A DNA stretch of 64,000 nt, from NCBI GenBank assembly GCA_964035545.1, contig OZ037772.1, forward strand, positions 8,487,150 through 8,551,149. Reading direction: 5' to 3'. Below are positions 38,292-52,202 of this stretch, piece after piece; within the stretch, counting starts at the first letter, position 1; every line of letters begins with the position of its first letter. Made by a program: the position numbers and the translations under genes. Under the pieces are notes generated by a model. It made no database searches. It was not told the DNA's origin and worked only from the letters and a program-made list of their open reading frames with translations. Source of the stretch: Bugula neritina. Lineage: Eukaryota > Animalia > Bryozoa.

Positions 38292-40091
38292 GGTGTAACA
38301 ACTAGACACAACTCAAAGACACTTGAAAGAAAAGAAGTCGGTTCCTAATAAAACTTCACTATAAAATATCCACTATCAGAATAGTTAGACTATGATCCAC
38401 ACTGAATCAGATAATCATCTAGTAGCATAGCCTTCTGGCTATTTGTTTGTAAATAATCAGTACAGTTAGCTATTGTATATTAAAAAGCTGTTGGAACAAT
38501 GGGTTAAGTCTATACCTTTGTCCAATCTTCGTAGGTCAAATGAAAAAATCACTAAGAGAGGTCAGCAGTATTCAATATAGCAAACATCACAGCCACCATC
38601 AGTAATGTTAAATTATATCAAATAAATTTTTTGGGATAAAACAGAATTGGCTGACAATTGTTAATGCGTTTCCTTTGAATGCAGTTTTGCTTAGTTTATT
38701 TCTGAATGTACATTGCACAAGGTTATTTTGTTTAACAAATTATGATTATTAAAAGGGAAATTTATGCACAAATCTGTTGCTAGAAAGTAGAGTTGCAACA
38801 GTATTTTGACTTAACATCAATTATATAAGCTTTTTCTAAAAATATGAAATACCATCTCACAAAAAAAATTACTGAATTGCAGTAAAAAAATGAGAAAGAA
38901 CTGACACTAAACTTTCTGAACACCAAAATAATGCTTGTTTTAAATTTGAAGATATAGCACAACAAGATAAGTTTTGCACTTTCCTAAAATAAGCATTATA
39001 GAAACATTATTTAACTAACTTATCCGGAAATAGAGGTGCAATAGCATTTCAATTTGAGAATAATTTTTTAAAGTTATGTTTGATGTTATCAAAGAGCTGT
39101 AGATAAAACGGAATCTATAAATTAGTGTTATAGGTATAAATGGCTTTAGCTTATAGATGATAATGGCACAGATCACGATTAAGGAAAAGTTTTTGGGGTT
39201 TTGGAAAATTTAATATTAATGTGACATACTTAACATTGGCTCATCTTCTATATATCAAAATGAGCATTAGAGCAATGACTAAACCTCTAATGCTGTCAGG
39301 AACGTGTAGTTATACAACAGTGTCCCAACTTGACCGTATTACATAAGGTTTTTCTGACAATATAAAAACAGTCAATATGTATAATTATCTATTATATGTC
39401 AAAAGGATATAATTTTACAGTAAAAGAAAATGAGAAGAAACTGATACTAAACTGTGTAAACATATTGAATGTGAAATAAAAGCTGTTATTAGAAAAAGAA
39501 GTGAATTCAACAAGATGAAGAAAATTTTGTTTTATGTATCATGTTTTCACTAAGAATACTATTACCCATAAGTTACATGAAACTATTAAAATAAGACATA
39601 AGTACTATATATATGTGACATAAAACTTTATTAAACCTAAAATGGCTGAGATATCATAAGTTCTAGATTATGTGCATAAAAATGCTTAAAATAAATTTTT
39701 TTATTGTAATTAAATATAAAGAAAAAATGCTAACTTTAGATTCTAAAAATAGAATAATAGCTATCATGCGCTTCTGTTCCTATAATGTCTACATTTATCT
39801 AGATTTCTTGTACTAGTATACAGCCTATAAAGTTTATATTGTATTCATGTTAGATCCAAATAGACAGATGTGTTAAAGTCTTTATCATTTATTAACTCAA
39901 TGCATTGTCTATATACACATATGTATGCAGCAAAATTGCTTTGCATTACCAGAGATGTTTTTGAAAATAACAATGGCTCCTTAAATTGTTTTATCTGCAG
40001 TCAAATACAACTAAGAATAAATTTCAAACATCATCTTATAGTGAGCTACTTGTTCATCCGAGTGTTTTTCATAAGAGAAACAACTTAAAAT

Positions 40092-42757
40092 TTAACACAG
40101 CAGCTTTGCAGCTATACTTAGAATAGATTGATTCTTAGCGTGTATTTTAGTGTGAGACAGAAGGCTAGCTTTACGAGCAAATGATTTGTTACACACAGGA
40201 CATAGAAATAGTTTCTCTCCACTATGTGCTCTCATGTGTCTGGTTAGGGAACTTTTTTGAGCAAATGATTTTTTGCACAGATGACAGGAATATGGCTTCT
40301 CTCCAGTGTGTATCCTCATATGAGGCATAAGGGTACTCTTGTGGGAGAATAATTTATTACACACACTGCATGAAAATGGTTTTTCTCCAGTATGTGTCCT
40401 CATATGTTGCTGCAGAGTAATTCTGTGTCTGAATGCATTTTTACAAATATGACATGCAAATGGCTTCTCTCCAGTGTGAGTTCTCATATGTTGCTGCAGG
40501 GTAGATCTTTGACTGAATGCACTTTTACAAATATGACATGAAAATGGTTTCTCACCAGTGTGTGTCGACTCATATGGTTGATGAGCACATCTTTCCAGGT
40601 AAAAGCAGACCCGCATATTTCACATATAAATGACTTTTTTCCAGTATGTATTCTCATGTGCCTGTTGAGATGACTTATCTGCCTTGCTTTGTAGCTACAT
40701 ATTGAACATTGTAAACAGCTCCTTGAACTATGCTGTTCTGTATTTTTCTCAACACCAGCTCCTTGTGTCAACTCATACTCAGACACATCATGTAAAGTTG
40801 TCTTCTCTTTGATCACTTCTTTTGTCTGCTCAACAACATCTATAGATATGTTTGTATTGTTATGCACTTTGTGATCGGTCTCCATATCATTGTTTATATT
40901 TCTATACTGATCTCTCAGTTTATATTCATGAGCTTCTTTGTATAGAACATCTGGTAGATTTTCAGAAGTATCTCCTGTATGAAAACACGAATGTATTTTA
41001 CCTGTAAAACAATGTTAGAAACAGTAAATTACAAATGGTATGATTGCATTCAGTTTTCATTCATAGTTTATTTAACGTTACTAATACATTCAAATACATA
41101 TATTTGTACTTTTTTTTAAGAAAACATGAATTCAATTGAATCAGCTACCAATATGCCACCAATGATGAAAGCACAATTAGCTAGATCAATTAAACGAGTT
41201 ATTTAACCAACTACTTTCAAAAGCAGCTAATGCAGTACTTGCAGAAGGTGATGCTAGCTTAATGAGAACTATAAAGTCATGGTGTTAATTATTGGTAAAG
41301 GTCATTTTTGGTGTTAGGGGGAGCATTCAGCCACACGTTTTCCATGGTCACAATAGAAAATATGGTGTTAGCCTGCTGAGAAACTTCACCGTTCAGGCTT
41401 TCATAGTTAAATCAGTCACCAGTTAAATTCAATTTAAATTGATCTTTCAGGTTGTTGAACAAATTTTAACATGTGGTAAACATATACTAACTTGATAAAT
41501 TGTAGTCCCCTGTGGCATTCAACCCTAGAACTTTAAAAGTGTCAGAGATAATTTCAGACAGAGGAACATCAGGTTTTTCTGATAGGTACTTGTCATATAG
41601 TGTGGCTTTATTGGGAAAAGAGGTATTGTTGAGTGTATCAACCATGGGAACTGCAATGTAAATGAGTAAAGTTGCAAACTGGTCTTTAGCAAATTTCTTT
41701 TGTTGTTTCTTCAATAACATGTGATGTTAATTAAAATCATCAATTGCAGTGAAAGAGACATTTGACGGTTTTCATTTTGTCTATCTAAACACACTTACCT
41801 GTTGAGATGACTTCTGTTGTAGTATTCAGTCCTAAAACTTGAAAAGCCTCAGAGATAACTTTAGACAGAGGAACATCAGTTTCTTCTGGTAGATAAAATC
41901 TTTGTATGGCATTTTGTTTTCTGAGAAGTTCTAATTGTTGGTTGTAATTAAAAGTATCTGAATAATCATTCTCAACATCATCTTCTACACCTTCTACATA
42001 AGTGTGAGATACTGTTGTTGGCATGTTAAGGTGGGTTGGATTGTAATCTGCATTGTCATTAAAAATGTTAGAGTCTAAATTCCTTGATTGTCTTGAAAAG
42101 CTGTGATTGGTTACTAAAGGATCCCACTCAGCACTATACTCATCTCTACAATATGGATCCTGTCTGTAGGGATCAGGATTTTTGGATGAACAATCTTCAG
42201 ATAAAACTCCAAGAGCTTTAGAAAAAACTTCAGGCGGATGAACATTAGATTCTTGTAGTAGACAGCTGTTGTACACTGAAGCTTTTGTGTTAACATAGTC
42301 CTGGGGGTTTGGATCAACTGTGGAAGTCAAAGGCACTGCGTTTACAAAACAGCTAGGCCATTGAATAAAATTCTCACAGAGATCAGGAATCGTCCACTCA
42401 TTATTATTTTGAGAGATGTGATGAAGTTCTTGCATCTGTTTAATTGATGTTCGAAGAATTGTATGTGGTTCTATAACTGTAAAGTAAAGAAAGCCTTTAA
42501 GAGCTTGCATCAAAATATCTACTCAAAGTTCACTCACTCAAAATAATACCCAAAAGACTCAATGGAAGTAACACGTATCCATGAGTTCACTTGCCACACA
42601 ACATGTTTACTCCAAAGTTATACAAATGATTTTAATCAACCATGCATCTTGTTAATGAATTATAAATATAAAAAAAGCTATCATGAAATAATAGCCTAAA
42701 TTAACTAATTAGTTATTTCCACGGCCTTTTATACTTACACGGTTTAATCACAGACAC
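40092..42757 (-). pseudogene. Copy F: disrupted ZNF gene, 7 fingers
   Basis: The exon-1 ATG is lost by a ~16-nt deletion (cagaca^cacttcc at ~42756). Exons 41799-42476 and 41492-41650 are open. The finger exon 40092-41001 has a +2 insertion at ~40566-40567 at the end of finger 2. Confidence 0.82.
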
Positions 42758-44344
42758 ACTTCCAGAGAACACTGGAAAGAGAACTAGCAAGTTCTGAATA
42801 TAAAAACTGTAAGACATTCACTGTATAAACTAAGAGGCAAAGGTTAAACAATGATCTGTACTGTATCACACAGTCATCTAACAGCATAATGTTTAGCTAT
42901 ATTTGTTTATAATTAATCATTACAGCTGGCTATTGCACATTGGAAAGCTGATGGAACTATGTGTTAGACCTGTACCTTTGTCCTTCAAGAAATACTGGCA
43001 TACATTTTTAGCATGTTTACCAAAAAATTCAAAAAGGATGGCCAATTATTTCTGATAAAAAACAACATGATAGCCCCAGTCAGCTGTCTCAAATTGTATT
43101 AAATAAATTGTTGAGATAAAAATGATAAATTGGCATATAGAGTTGTGCCATTTTTTTTTTTTTTTTTTTTTTAATTTTGAAGATATAGCACAACAAGATA
43201 AGTTTTGCACTGTCCCAAAATAAGCATTATAGAAACATTATTTAACTTACCCATCTGGAAATAGAGGTGCAATAGCATTTCAACTTGAGATGAAATGTAT
43301 ATATTATTTGATGCTATTAAAAAGCTGTATAGATAAAAGTGAACTTACAACTTGGTGTTAGGTATAAAGTGCTTAGGTGATAATGCCCCAGGTAATGATT
43401 GGAAAGGTGGCAGTGTGGATATTGCAGGGTTTGAGGTTTTGGAAAATTTAACATTAATGTGCCATACTTAACATTGGCTCATTTTCTATATCAAAATAAG
43501 CATTAGAGCAATGACTAAACCGCTATTGATGTCAGGAATGTGTAGTTACAACAGTATCCTAACTTGACAGTATTACATAAGGTTTTTCTGACAATATAAA
43601 AACATCCGTTATGTATAATGATCTATTATATGTCACAAGGATATAATTTTACAGTAAAAGAAAATGAGAAGAAACTGATACTAAACTGTGTAAACATATT
43701 GAATGTGAAATAGAAGCTGTTATTAGAAAAAGAAGTGAATTCAACAAGATAAAGAAAGTTTTGTTTTATATCTCATGTTTTCACCAAGAATACTATTACT
43801 CATAAGTTACATGAAACTATTAAAATAAGACATAAGTACTATATGACATAAAACTTTAATGAACTAAAAGTTGCTGAGATATTATATGTTCTAGACTATG
43901 TGTATAAAGGTTGCTTAAAAAACAAATTTTAAATATAAATAAATATAAAGAACAATTTTCAACTTTACATTCTAAAAATAGAACAAAATATTATATTGCT
44001 TCTGTTCCTATGTCTACATTTATCCAGCTTTCATGTACTTTTACAGCTTATAAAGTTTATATTGTATTCATGTTAGATCCGAATAGACAGATGTGTTAAA
44101 ATCTTTACCTTTCATCAGCTAGATGCATTGTCTATATACAAACATTTATGCAGTATTATTGCTTTGCATTACCAGAGACAATTTTGAAAATGACAATGGC
44201 TTCTTCTTGTTTTATCTGCAGTCAAATACAACTAAGAATAAATTTCAAGCATCACCCCTATGGTGAGCTACTTGTTTATCTGAGTCTTTTTCATAAGAGA
44301 AACAATTTGAATTTTAATACAGCAGCTTTGCAGCTATACTTAGA

Positions 44345-46749
44345 CTATGGTAGAATAGACTGATTCTTAGTATGTATTTTAGTGTGAGACAAAAGGCTAG
44401 CTTTACGAGTGAATGACTTCTTACAGACAGGGCATAGAAATGGCTTCTCTCTAGTATGTGTTCTCATATGTCTGGTTAGGGCACTTTGTTGAGTAAATGA
44501 TGTTTTGCACACATGGCATGAATATGGCTTCTCTCCGGTGTGTGTCCTCATATGTGAAGCAAGGTTACCCTTTTGAGTAAATGATTTCTCACACAAATTG
44601 CATAGAAATGGTTTCTCTCCAGTGTGTGTCCTCATATGTCGTTGCAGGGTAATTCTTTGACTGAATGCACTTTTACAAAAATGACATGAAAATGGTTTCT
44701 CTCCAGTGTGTTTTCTCATGTGTTGGTTGAGATGACCCATTTGTCTGGTTTTGTAGCTACATATTGAACACTGAAAATGTTTCGTTTCACTATGCTGCTC
44801 TGTATTCTTTTCAAGACCAGCTTCTTGTGTCAACTCATACTCACAAACATCATGTATAGTTGTCTTCTCTTTGATAACTTCTTCTTTCTGATCGAGGACA
44901 TCTGTAGGCTTGTTGGCCATCTTATACACTATTTGATCAGTTTGAGTCACTATACTTCTGTTTATTTCTTTAGAATAGTCATTGCACTTATATTCATAAT
45001 TTCTGTTGCACAGTAGATCTAATAGATTTCCGGAAGTGTCTCCTGTAGTTAAACGTGTGTTTGGTTCACCTATAAAGCAACAGTACAAACATTGAAGTGG
45101 CATTCAAGTTTACTCATTTTATATAATATCACTAATATAATAAGCTAATTTTGCCTTATATGTATATAATTCTTATAGAGAAACGAAAATATGCATGCAG
45201 CTCAATCAATTACCATCAATAATGTTCCAATGATTAGGGCATATTATTTAAATTGATAAGCTAAAAAGTTCATTAAATTAATTAAATTAGAAAGCAGGTA
45301 GTGGTATTGGGGTGAGACTACTAGAAATTAGTCAGAACAAGGTTTAATATATTTTGATATGTGGTAAGCATATACTGACAATTAGAAATAATTTCAGACA
45401 AGAAAACATCACGCTCTTTAGGTAAAAGGCTGTCACATGCTGTGGCTTCCAATAGAAAAGGGTCCTGGTTGCTTGCATCAACTTCAGTAGCTAAAATGAA
45501 TATAAGTAAAGTTTCAAGCTAATACCAAACTGTAACTGTATTTAAGTAACTGTAACTGTAAAGGTGAATGTAACTGTAACTGTAACTGTAACTGTAACTG
45601 GAACTGGAACTGTAACTGTAACTGGAACTGGAACTGGAACTGGAACTGGAACTGGAACTGGAACGAGATGATAAATCTAATGATCTTTGAGTTATCTATC
45701 TGAACACACTTACCTGTTGAGATGACTTTCGTTGTAGTAGGAAATCCTGAATCTTGATTAGCCTGAGAGATAACTTCAGACAGAGAGACATCACATTCTT
45801 CTGGTAAAAAACAGTCTAACACTATATCCTGCTTTTTGAGATCTTTTGACTTTCGATGGTAGTTGAAAAGATCTGAATGTAGACTCTTTACAAGTTCTTT
45901 TATATAAGAGTCAGATACTGTTTGATTGTATGTATTGACATTAAAACTTTGAGAGTCTGAAATAACAGAATATCTCAGAGAATTGTTATTGGTTACTAAA
46001 GGAACCCACTCAGCACTATGCCTTTCTTCACAGTGTGGCTCCTGTCTGTAATCATTGTGTTCTTCAGATGGATAATCTCTACCTAAAACTTCAAAAGCTG
46101 AAGTAAAGACTTCGGATAGAGAATAATCAGGTTCTTCTGGTGGACAGTGGTTATGCACTGTAGCTTCTGTGTTAATATAGTCCTGGGGGTTTGTATCAAC
46201 TGTGGAAGTTAAAGGAACTAATTCTGAAGAAAAGCTAGAAGGTGGAGCAAAGTTATCACAGACAGCAGAAATCTCCCACTCAACATCACTTTCAGAGATC
46301 TGGTGAGATTCTTGTATTCTTTTGCTTGAACTTTGCGGACTCACTTCTATTTCTATGACTAAAAGATAATTAAAATTTGTGCCAATTTGCATTACAACAT
46401 ATTCTATTAAAGGAAATTCTTCGTCTGTATTGACACTGTACTGCTCACTCGCTCACCTCAAACGCTGGCTCAGCTTACTCGTTCACTCATGAACACTCTA
46501 GCACACTGCCATGTACACACTCAGACACTCACACTAGTATGCACACACTCACGCAGGTGTTGAATAATACTAAAACATTTAATGGTACCTTAACAATCAT
46601 GAACGTGTAATATTGACACAAATCTGTACACTCAAACTAAAAAGTTAAATTTTAATTATTCATATTTTGAAACTGATGAACAAGACAACCGCAAAATATG
46701 AGATCAATTTTTGCAGAATGTTATACTTACATGGCTGACCCTCAGACAT
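44345..46749 (-). CDS. Copy G: intact C2H2 ZNF gene, 5 fingers, ~499 aa
   Basis: Exons 46731-46749 (MSEGQP), 45714-46358, 45380-45490 (shortened, 111 nt, in frame) and 44345-45069; total 1500 nt. Confidence 0.86.
45528..45663. repeat. (TAACTG/GAACTG)n hexamer microsatellite in intron 2 of copy G
   Basis: Directly visible; the FQ/LQ tail of ORF 45514-46392 is intron read-through. Confidence 0.95.
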
Positions 46750-47960
46750 GGTGTAACAACTATAGACACAACTCAAAGACACTTGAAAGAAAAGAAGTCG
46801 GTTCCTAATAACACTTCGCTATAAAATATCCACTATCAGAATAGTTGACTATGATCTACACTGAATTAGATAATTATCTAGTAGCATAGCCTTCTGGCTA
46901 TTTGTTTGTAAATAATCAGTACAGTTAGCTATTGTATATTAAAAAGCTGTTGGAACAATGGGTTAAGTCTATACCTTTGTCCAATCTTTGTAGGCCAAAT
47001 GAAAAATTCACCAAGAGAGATCAACAAACATCACAGCCACCATCAGTAATGTTAAATTATATCAAATAAATTTGTTGGGATAACAAAGAGTTGGCTGATT
47101 TATTAATGTGTTTTTCTTGGCATACCGTTTTGCTGAATTTAATTCTGAATGCACTTTGCACAAGGTTATTTTGCCTAACAAATTATGATTATTAAAATGT
47201 CGTTGATGCACAAATTAGTTGCTCCAAAGCAGAGTTGCAATAGTATTTTGACTTGACACCAACTATATAAGGTTTTTCTAAAAGTAGGAAATATCATTTC
47301 ACTGAATTGCAGTATGAAAATAAGAAATATATTATAATAAAACTGTCTGAACACTATATTATATTAATTATATCAGCTGTGAAATAGAAGCTTTCAGAAA
47401 ACTAAGATTTAAATTCAACGCAATAAAAAATTTTGTTTCGTAACTGGAAACTACCATATTAAAACTATTCCTAGGTACTATATGTGAAACAAAACTTTAA
47501 TTATAGCTGAAATAATACTGAGGTATAATGTTTTATATAGCATCCTATACATTAGTAAAAAAGAGATAAAAACTAATTGCCAAATGTAGATACAAGTACA
47601 ATTATAGATATTACTCCTGCTAATGCTGAGACTTTTGCAATTTTCTAGTATTAGCAATACATAAAATAAATATCATATTCATATTAGATCTAAGTAGACA
47701 GATATCAAAACACCCTTACCAATAATCAGATGTATTAATTATATGTGTGTTTAATAAAACTCCTTGGTATAACTAGACATATACATAGGATAAAGAACGT
47801 TCTTTCCTATGTTATCTGTCACGCTTTGCTATTTAAAGATAATTTTCAAGCATTGCCACTAGTGGCATTATTATTTTTCTGTATGCTTTGATATATAGAA
47901 GAAGCAACTTGGAGTTTAATACAGCTACGTGTGTAGTCAATTGGCAGTTGGTGAATCAGA

Positions 47961-50624
47961 CTAATTCTTAGAATGTATTTTAGCATGTGACTGAAGAGCC
48001 TGCTTACGAGTAAATGATATTTTGCACACATGACATGCAAATGGCTTCTCTCCAGTGTGTGTCTTCAAGTGTTGCTGTAGGTTGTATTTGAGACTGAATG
48101 TACGTTTACAAATATGGCATGAAAATGGCTTCTCTCCACTGTGTGTCCTTTTATGTCGTTTCAGGGTAGTTTTGTGACTAAATGCTGTTTTACAGATATG
48201 GCATAAAAATGGTTTCTCTCCAGTATGTGTCCTGAGATGCTGTTGCAGGGTAAATTTTTGACTGAATGCAGTTTTACAAAAATGACATGCAAATGGCTTT
48301 TCTCCAGTGTGTGTTCTTATATGACGGATGAGAACATGTTTCCAGGTAAAAGCAGACCCGCATATTTCACATATAAATGACTTTTTTCCAGTATGTATTC
48401 TCATGTGCCTGTTGAGATGACTCATCTGCGTTGTCTTGTAGCTACATATTGAACATTGAAAACAGCTCCTTGCACTATGCTGCTCTGTATTCTTCTTAAG
48501 ACCAGCTTCTTGTGTCAACCTATACTCACAAACATCATGTATAGTTGTCTTCTCTTCGATCACTCCTTTTGTCTGCTCAACAACATCTATAGATATATTT
48601 GTATTGCTATGCATTTCTTGATCAATCTTCATATCTGGGTTTATATTTCTAGAATGGTCTCTCAGTTTATATTCATGAGTTTCTTTGTATAGAACATCTG
48701 GTAGATTTTCAGAAGTATCTCCTGTATAAAAACACGATTGTATTTTACCTGTAAAACAATGTTATAAACAGTAAATTACAAATGATATGATTGCATTCAA
48801 TTTTCTTCATAGTTTATTTAACGTTACTAATACATTCAAATATATATATTTGTACTTATTTTTTAAAAAAACATGAATCCAGTTCAATTAGCCACCAATA
48901 TGCCACCAATGATGAAAGCACCATTAGTTAGATCAATTAAACGAGTTGTTTAATCAACTACTTTTAAAAGCAGCTAGTGCACTACTTGCAGAAGATGATG
49001 CTAGCTTAATGAGAACTATAAAATCATGGTGTTTATTATTGGTACAGGTCATTTTTTAGGGTTAGGGGGAGCATTCAGCCACAATGTTTTGCTTGGCACA
49101 ATAGAAAATATGTTGTCAGCCTGCTGAAAAACTTTACCATTCAAGCTTTCATAGTTAAATCAGTCACCAGTTAAATTTAATATGAATATATCTTTCAAGT
49201 TGCTGGACAGACTTTAACATGTGCAGTTAGACATATACTAACCTGATGGTTTGTAGTTCGCTGCGGCATTCAACCCTAGAACTTTAAAAGTGTCAGAGAT
49301 AGCTTCAGACAGAGGAACATCAGGTTTTTCTGGTAGGTACTTGTCATATAATGTGGCTTCCACAGGAAAAGAGGTATGGTTGAGTGTATCAACTGTGGGA
49401 ACTGAAATGTAAATGAGTAAAGTTGCAAACTGGTCTTTAGCAAATTTCTTTTGTTGTTTCTTCAATAACATGTGATGTTAATTAAAATCATCAATTGCAG
49501 TGAAAGAGACATTTGACGGTTTTCATTTTGTTTATCTAAACACACTTATACCTGTTGAGATGACCTCTGTTGTAGTATTCAGTCCTAAAACTTGAAAAGC
49601 CTCAGAGATAACTTCAGACAGAGAAACATCAGTTTCTTCTGGTAGATAGTTTTCTTGTACTGCATTTTGTTTCCTGAGAAGTTCTAATTGTTGGTTGCAA
49701 TTAAAAGTATCCAAAAATTCATTCTCAACACCATCTTCTACATCTTCTACATAAGTGCCAGGTACTGTTGTTGGCATGTCAAGATAGATTGGATTGTAAT
49801 CTGCATCGTCATTAAAAATGTTAGAGTCTAAAATCACTGAATGTCTCTCAGAGCTGTTATTGGTTACTAAAGGATCCCACTCAGCACTATACTCATCTCT
49901 ACAATATGAATCCTGTCTGTAGGGATCATGATTTTTGGATGAATAATCTTCAGATAAAACTCCAAGAGCTTTAGAAAAAACTTCAAACGGATGAACATTA
50001 GATTCTTGTGGTAGACAGCTGTTGTACACTGAAGCTTTTGTGTTAACATAGTCCTGAGGGTTTGTATCAACTGTGGAAGTCAAAGGAACTGCGTTTACAA
50101 AAAAACTAGGACTTTGAATAAAAGTTTCACAGAGAGCAGGAATCATCCACTCATATTCATTTTTGGTTATCCGATGAGGCTCCTGCATCTGGTTTAGATT
50201 GCATTGGATTGGTTTGGATTGCATTGTTGTTTTAGATATTTTATGTGGTTCTAATATATCATAACTGCAAAATAAAGAAAGCCTTTACAAGTTTACATTA
50301 AAATATCTACTCAAGGTTTACACACTCACTGACTCACTCACTCATTCACTCACTCACTGACTCACTCACTCACTCACTCACTCACTCACTCACTCACTCA
50401 CTCACTCACTCACTCACCAATTAATACCAACATACACACACTTTCAGCCAAAAAGCTGAATAGAAGTAAAATATCTAGGAATTCATTAGCCACACAATCT
50501 TTTTACACTTGAATCATAAAGATTATTTTAATCAATGAATAAATAAAGCTATCATAAAACGATAGGAAACTAACCAATTTATTATCATCAGAAGGCTATA
50601 CTTACATGACTCACTCACAGACAT
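47961..50624 (-). CDS. Copy H: C2H2 ZNF gene, 6 fingers; exon1-exon2 junction out of frame, but open from the ATG at 50224
   Basis: Exons 50606-50624, 49552-50264 (713 nt; an 8-nt insertion near the acceptor gives MSVSESFMIY-stop), 49243-49401 and 47961-48748. The downstream exons are open and in phase. Confidence 0.6.
50324..50416. repeat. (CACT)n microsatellite in intron 1 of copy H
   Basis: Directly visible, ~23 units. Confidence 0.95.
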
Positions 50625-52202
50625 GGTAGATGAACTGAACATAACTGAGAGACAATGAAAGCAAAAGAAGCTTGTTCTGAATCTAAACAATGTAAGTTTT
50701 CTACTGTACTGTATACCAGGAAGGTTGAACAATGAATTTTTGCTGTATCATAATATTATCATGGTAGTCTAGCAGCAAAATGTTTTAGCTTTTTTATATT
50801 TAATCATTGTAGTTAGCTATTGCATAATAAAAGCTGATGGAGCAATAACTCCTATTTTTAGGAATAAAGTTCTTTTGTCTATCAAGCAACAGTGTAATGC
50901 ATTTTTTTATTTTTGATGAACAATAGACTCTTTTCCAATACTTCTGGTATGTATTTTACAGAAGTTCTTTTCTCCTACCAGAAACTTGGTTAAACCAAAA
51001 TATAGAAAGCAAACTCACTAGAAAATGAAAGTCTGACTGTTGAATAAAACCCTAACTATGCTACAGAATAGTTCTGTTGTAGGAGACAAATGTATAGAGT
51101 TGTTTTGTCTGACAACAGCTTTGCTTGTTTTAATTTTAAAGAGGTAGCAAAACAAGATGAAATTTGTGTTTTGCCAAAATAAACACTACAAATAATCTTT
51201 CAGTACTAACAAGCTCTTCAGAAAGTTTAGTTGAAATAGTATTTCAACTTGAAAGTGTTGCTTCGTTATTTCAGATGATGTCGATATGCTGTAGATGTAC
51301 ATCAATCAAAAACATAATTTTGCAGCCTCAATCTTTCAATTTTGAAGTCGTAGCACAACATCTATATTTTGCTATACAAAAATTATCATTATTAGAAAAA
51401 CTACTAAGCAATTTAATGCTGCCAGGAAAGGTTAGTTACAGGAGTATCCCAGCTTGAGAGCAATTACGTATTATTTTCCTTCGGTCAACATAAATACAAG
51501 AATAGATGTGTTACAAATAATAAAATTTTACGTAAGAAAATGGGAAGGAACTGATACTAAACTGCCTGAACTTTATATTGGCTGTAAAATAGCTTTCATT
51601 AGACCTAAAAAAGTGAACAAGATAAAGAGAGTTTCACCAAAAATACTACAATTTCAGCAACATAAAAGTATTAAAACTAGACCTATAAGTACTATATAAT
51701 ATGACATAAAACTTTAACATACTAAAGAATACCGAGATTTTATGTCTTAGACTATATATGTGTAAAAATTGCTTAAAGAATAATAATAGTAATTAAAGAG
51801 AGGTTAACTATATTACTTCTGTGCATATATAACGTATAGGTTTATCCATAAATTTCTTGTACTAGCTAATATACATGGCGTCTAAAGTTAATATTATATT
51901 CATGTCAGATATAAATGACTATATGTAGGAACTGATATATGTAATAATGTTTACCATTCATCAACTATTTATGTATTGTCTATATACACATATATGTATG
52001 CGGTGATATTGCTTTGTATTACCAGATATATTTATGGAAATGACAATTATGGTTCCTTCTTATTTTATCTGTCAAACACAATTTATAGAATAATTTTCAA
52101 ACATGGTCTTATAATGAGCTGCTTGTTCATCTGAGTGTTTTTCATAATAAGCTAGAGAAACAATCTGAATTTTATTACAGCAGCTTTGCAGCTATACTGA
52201 GA

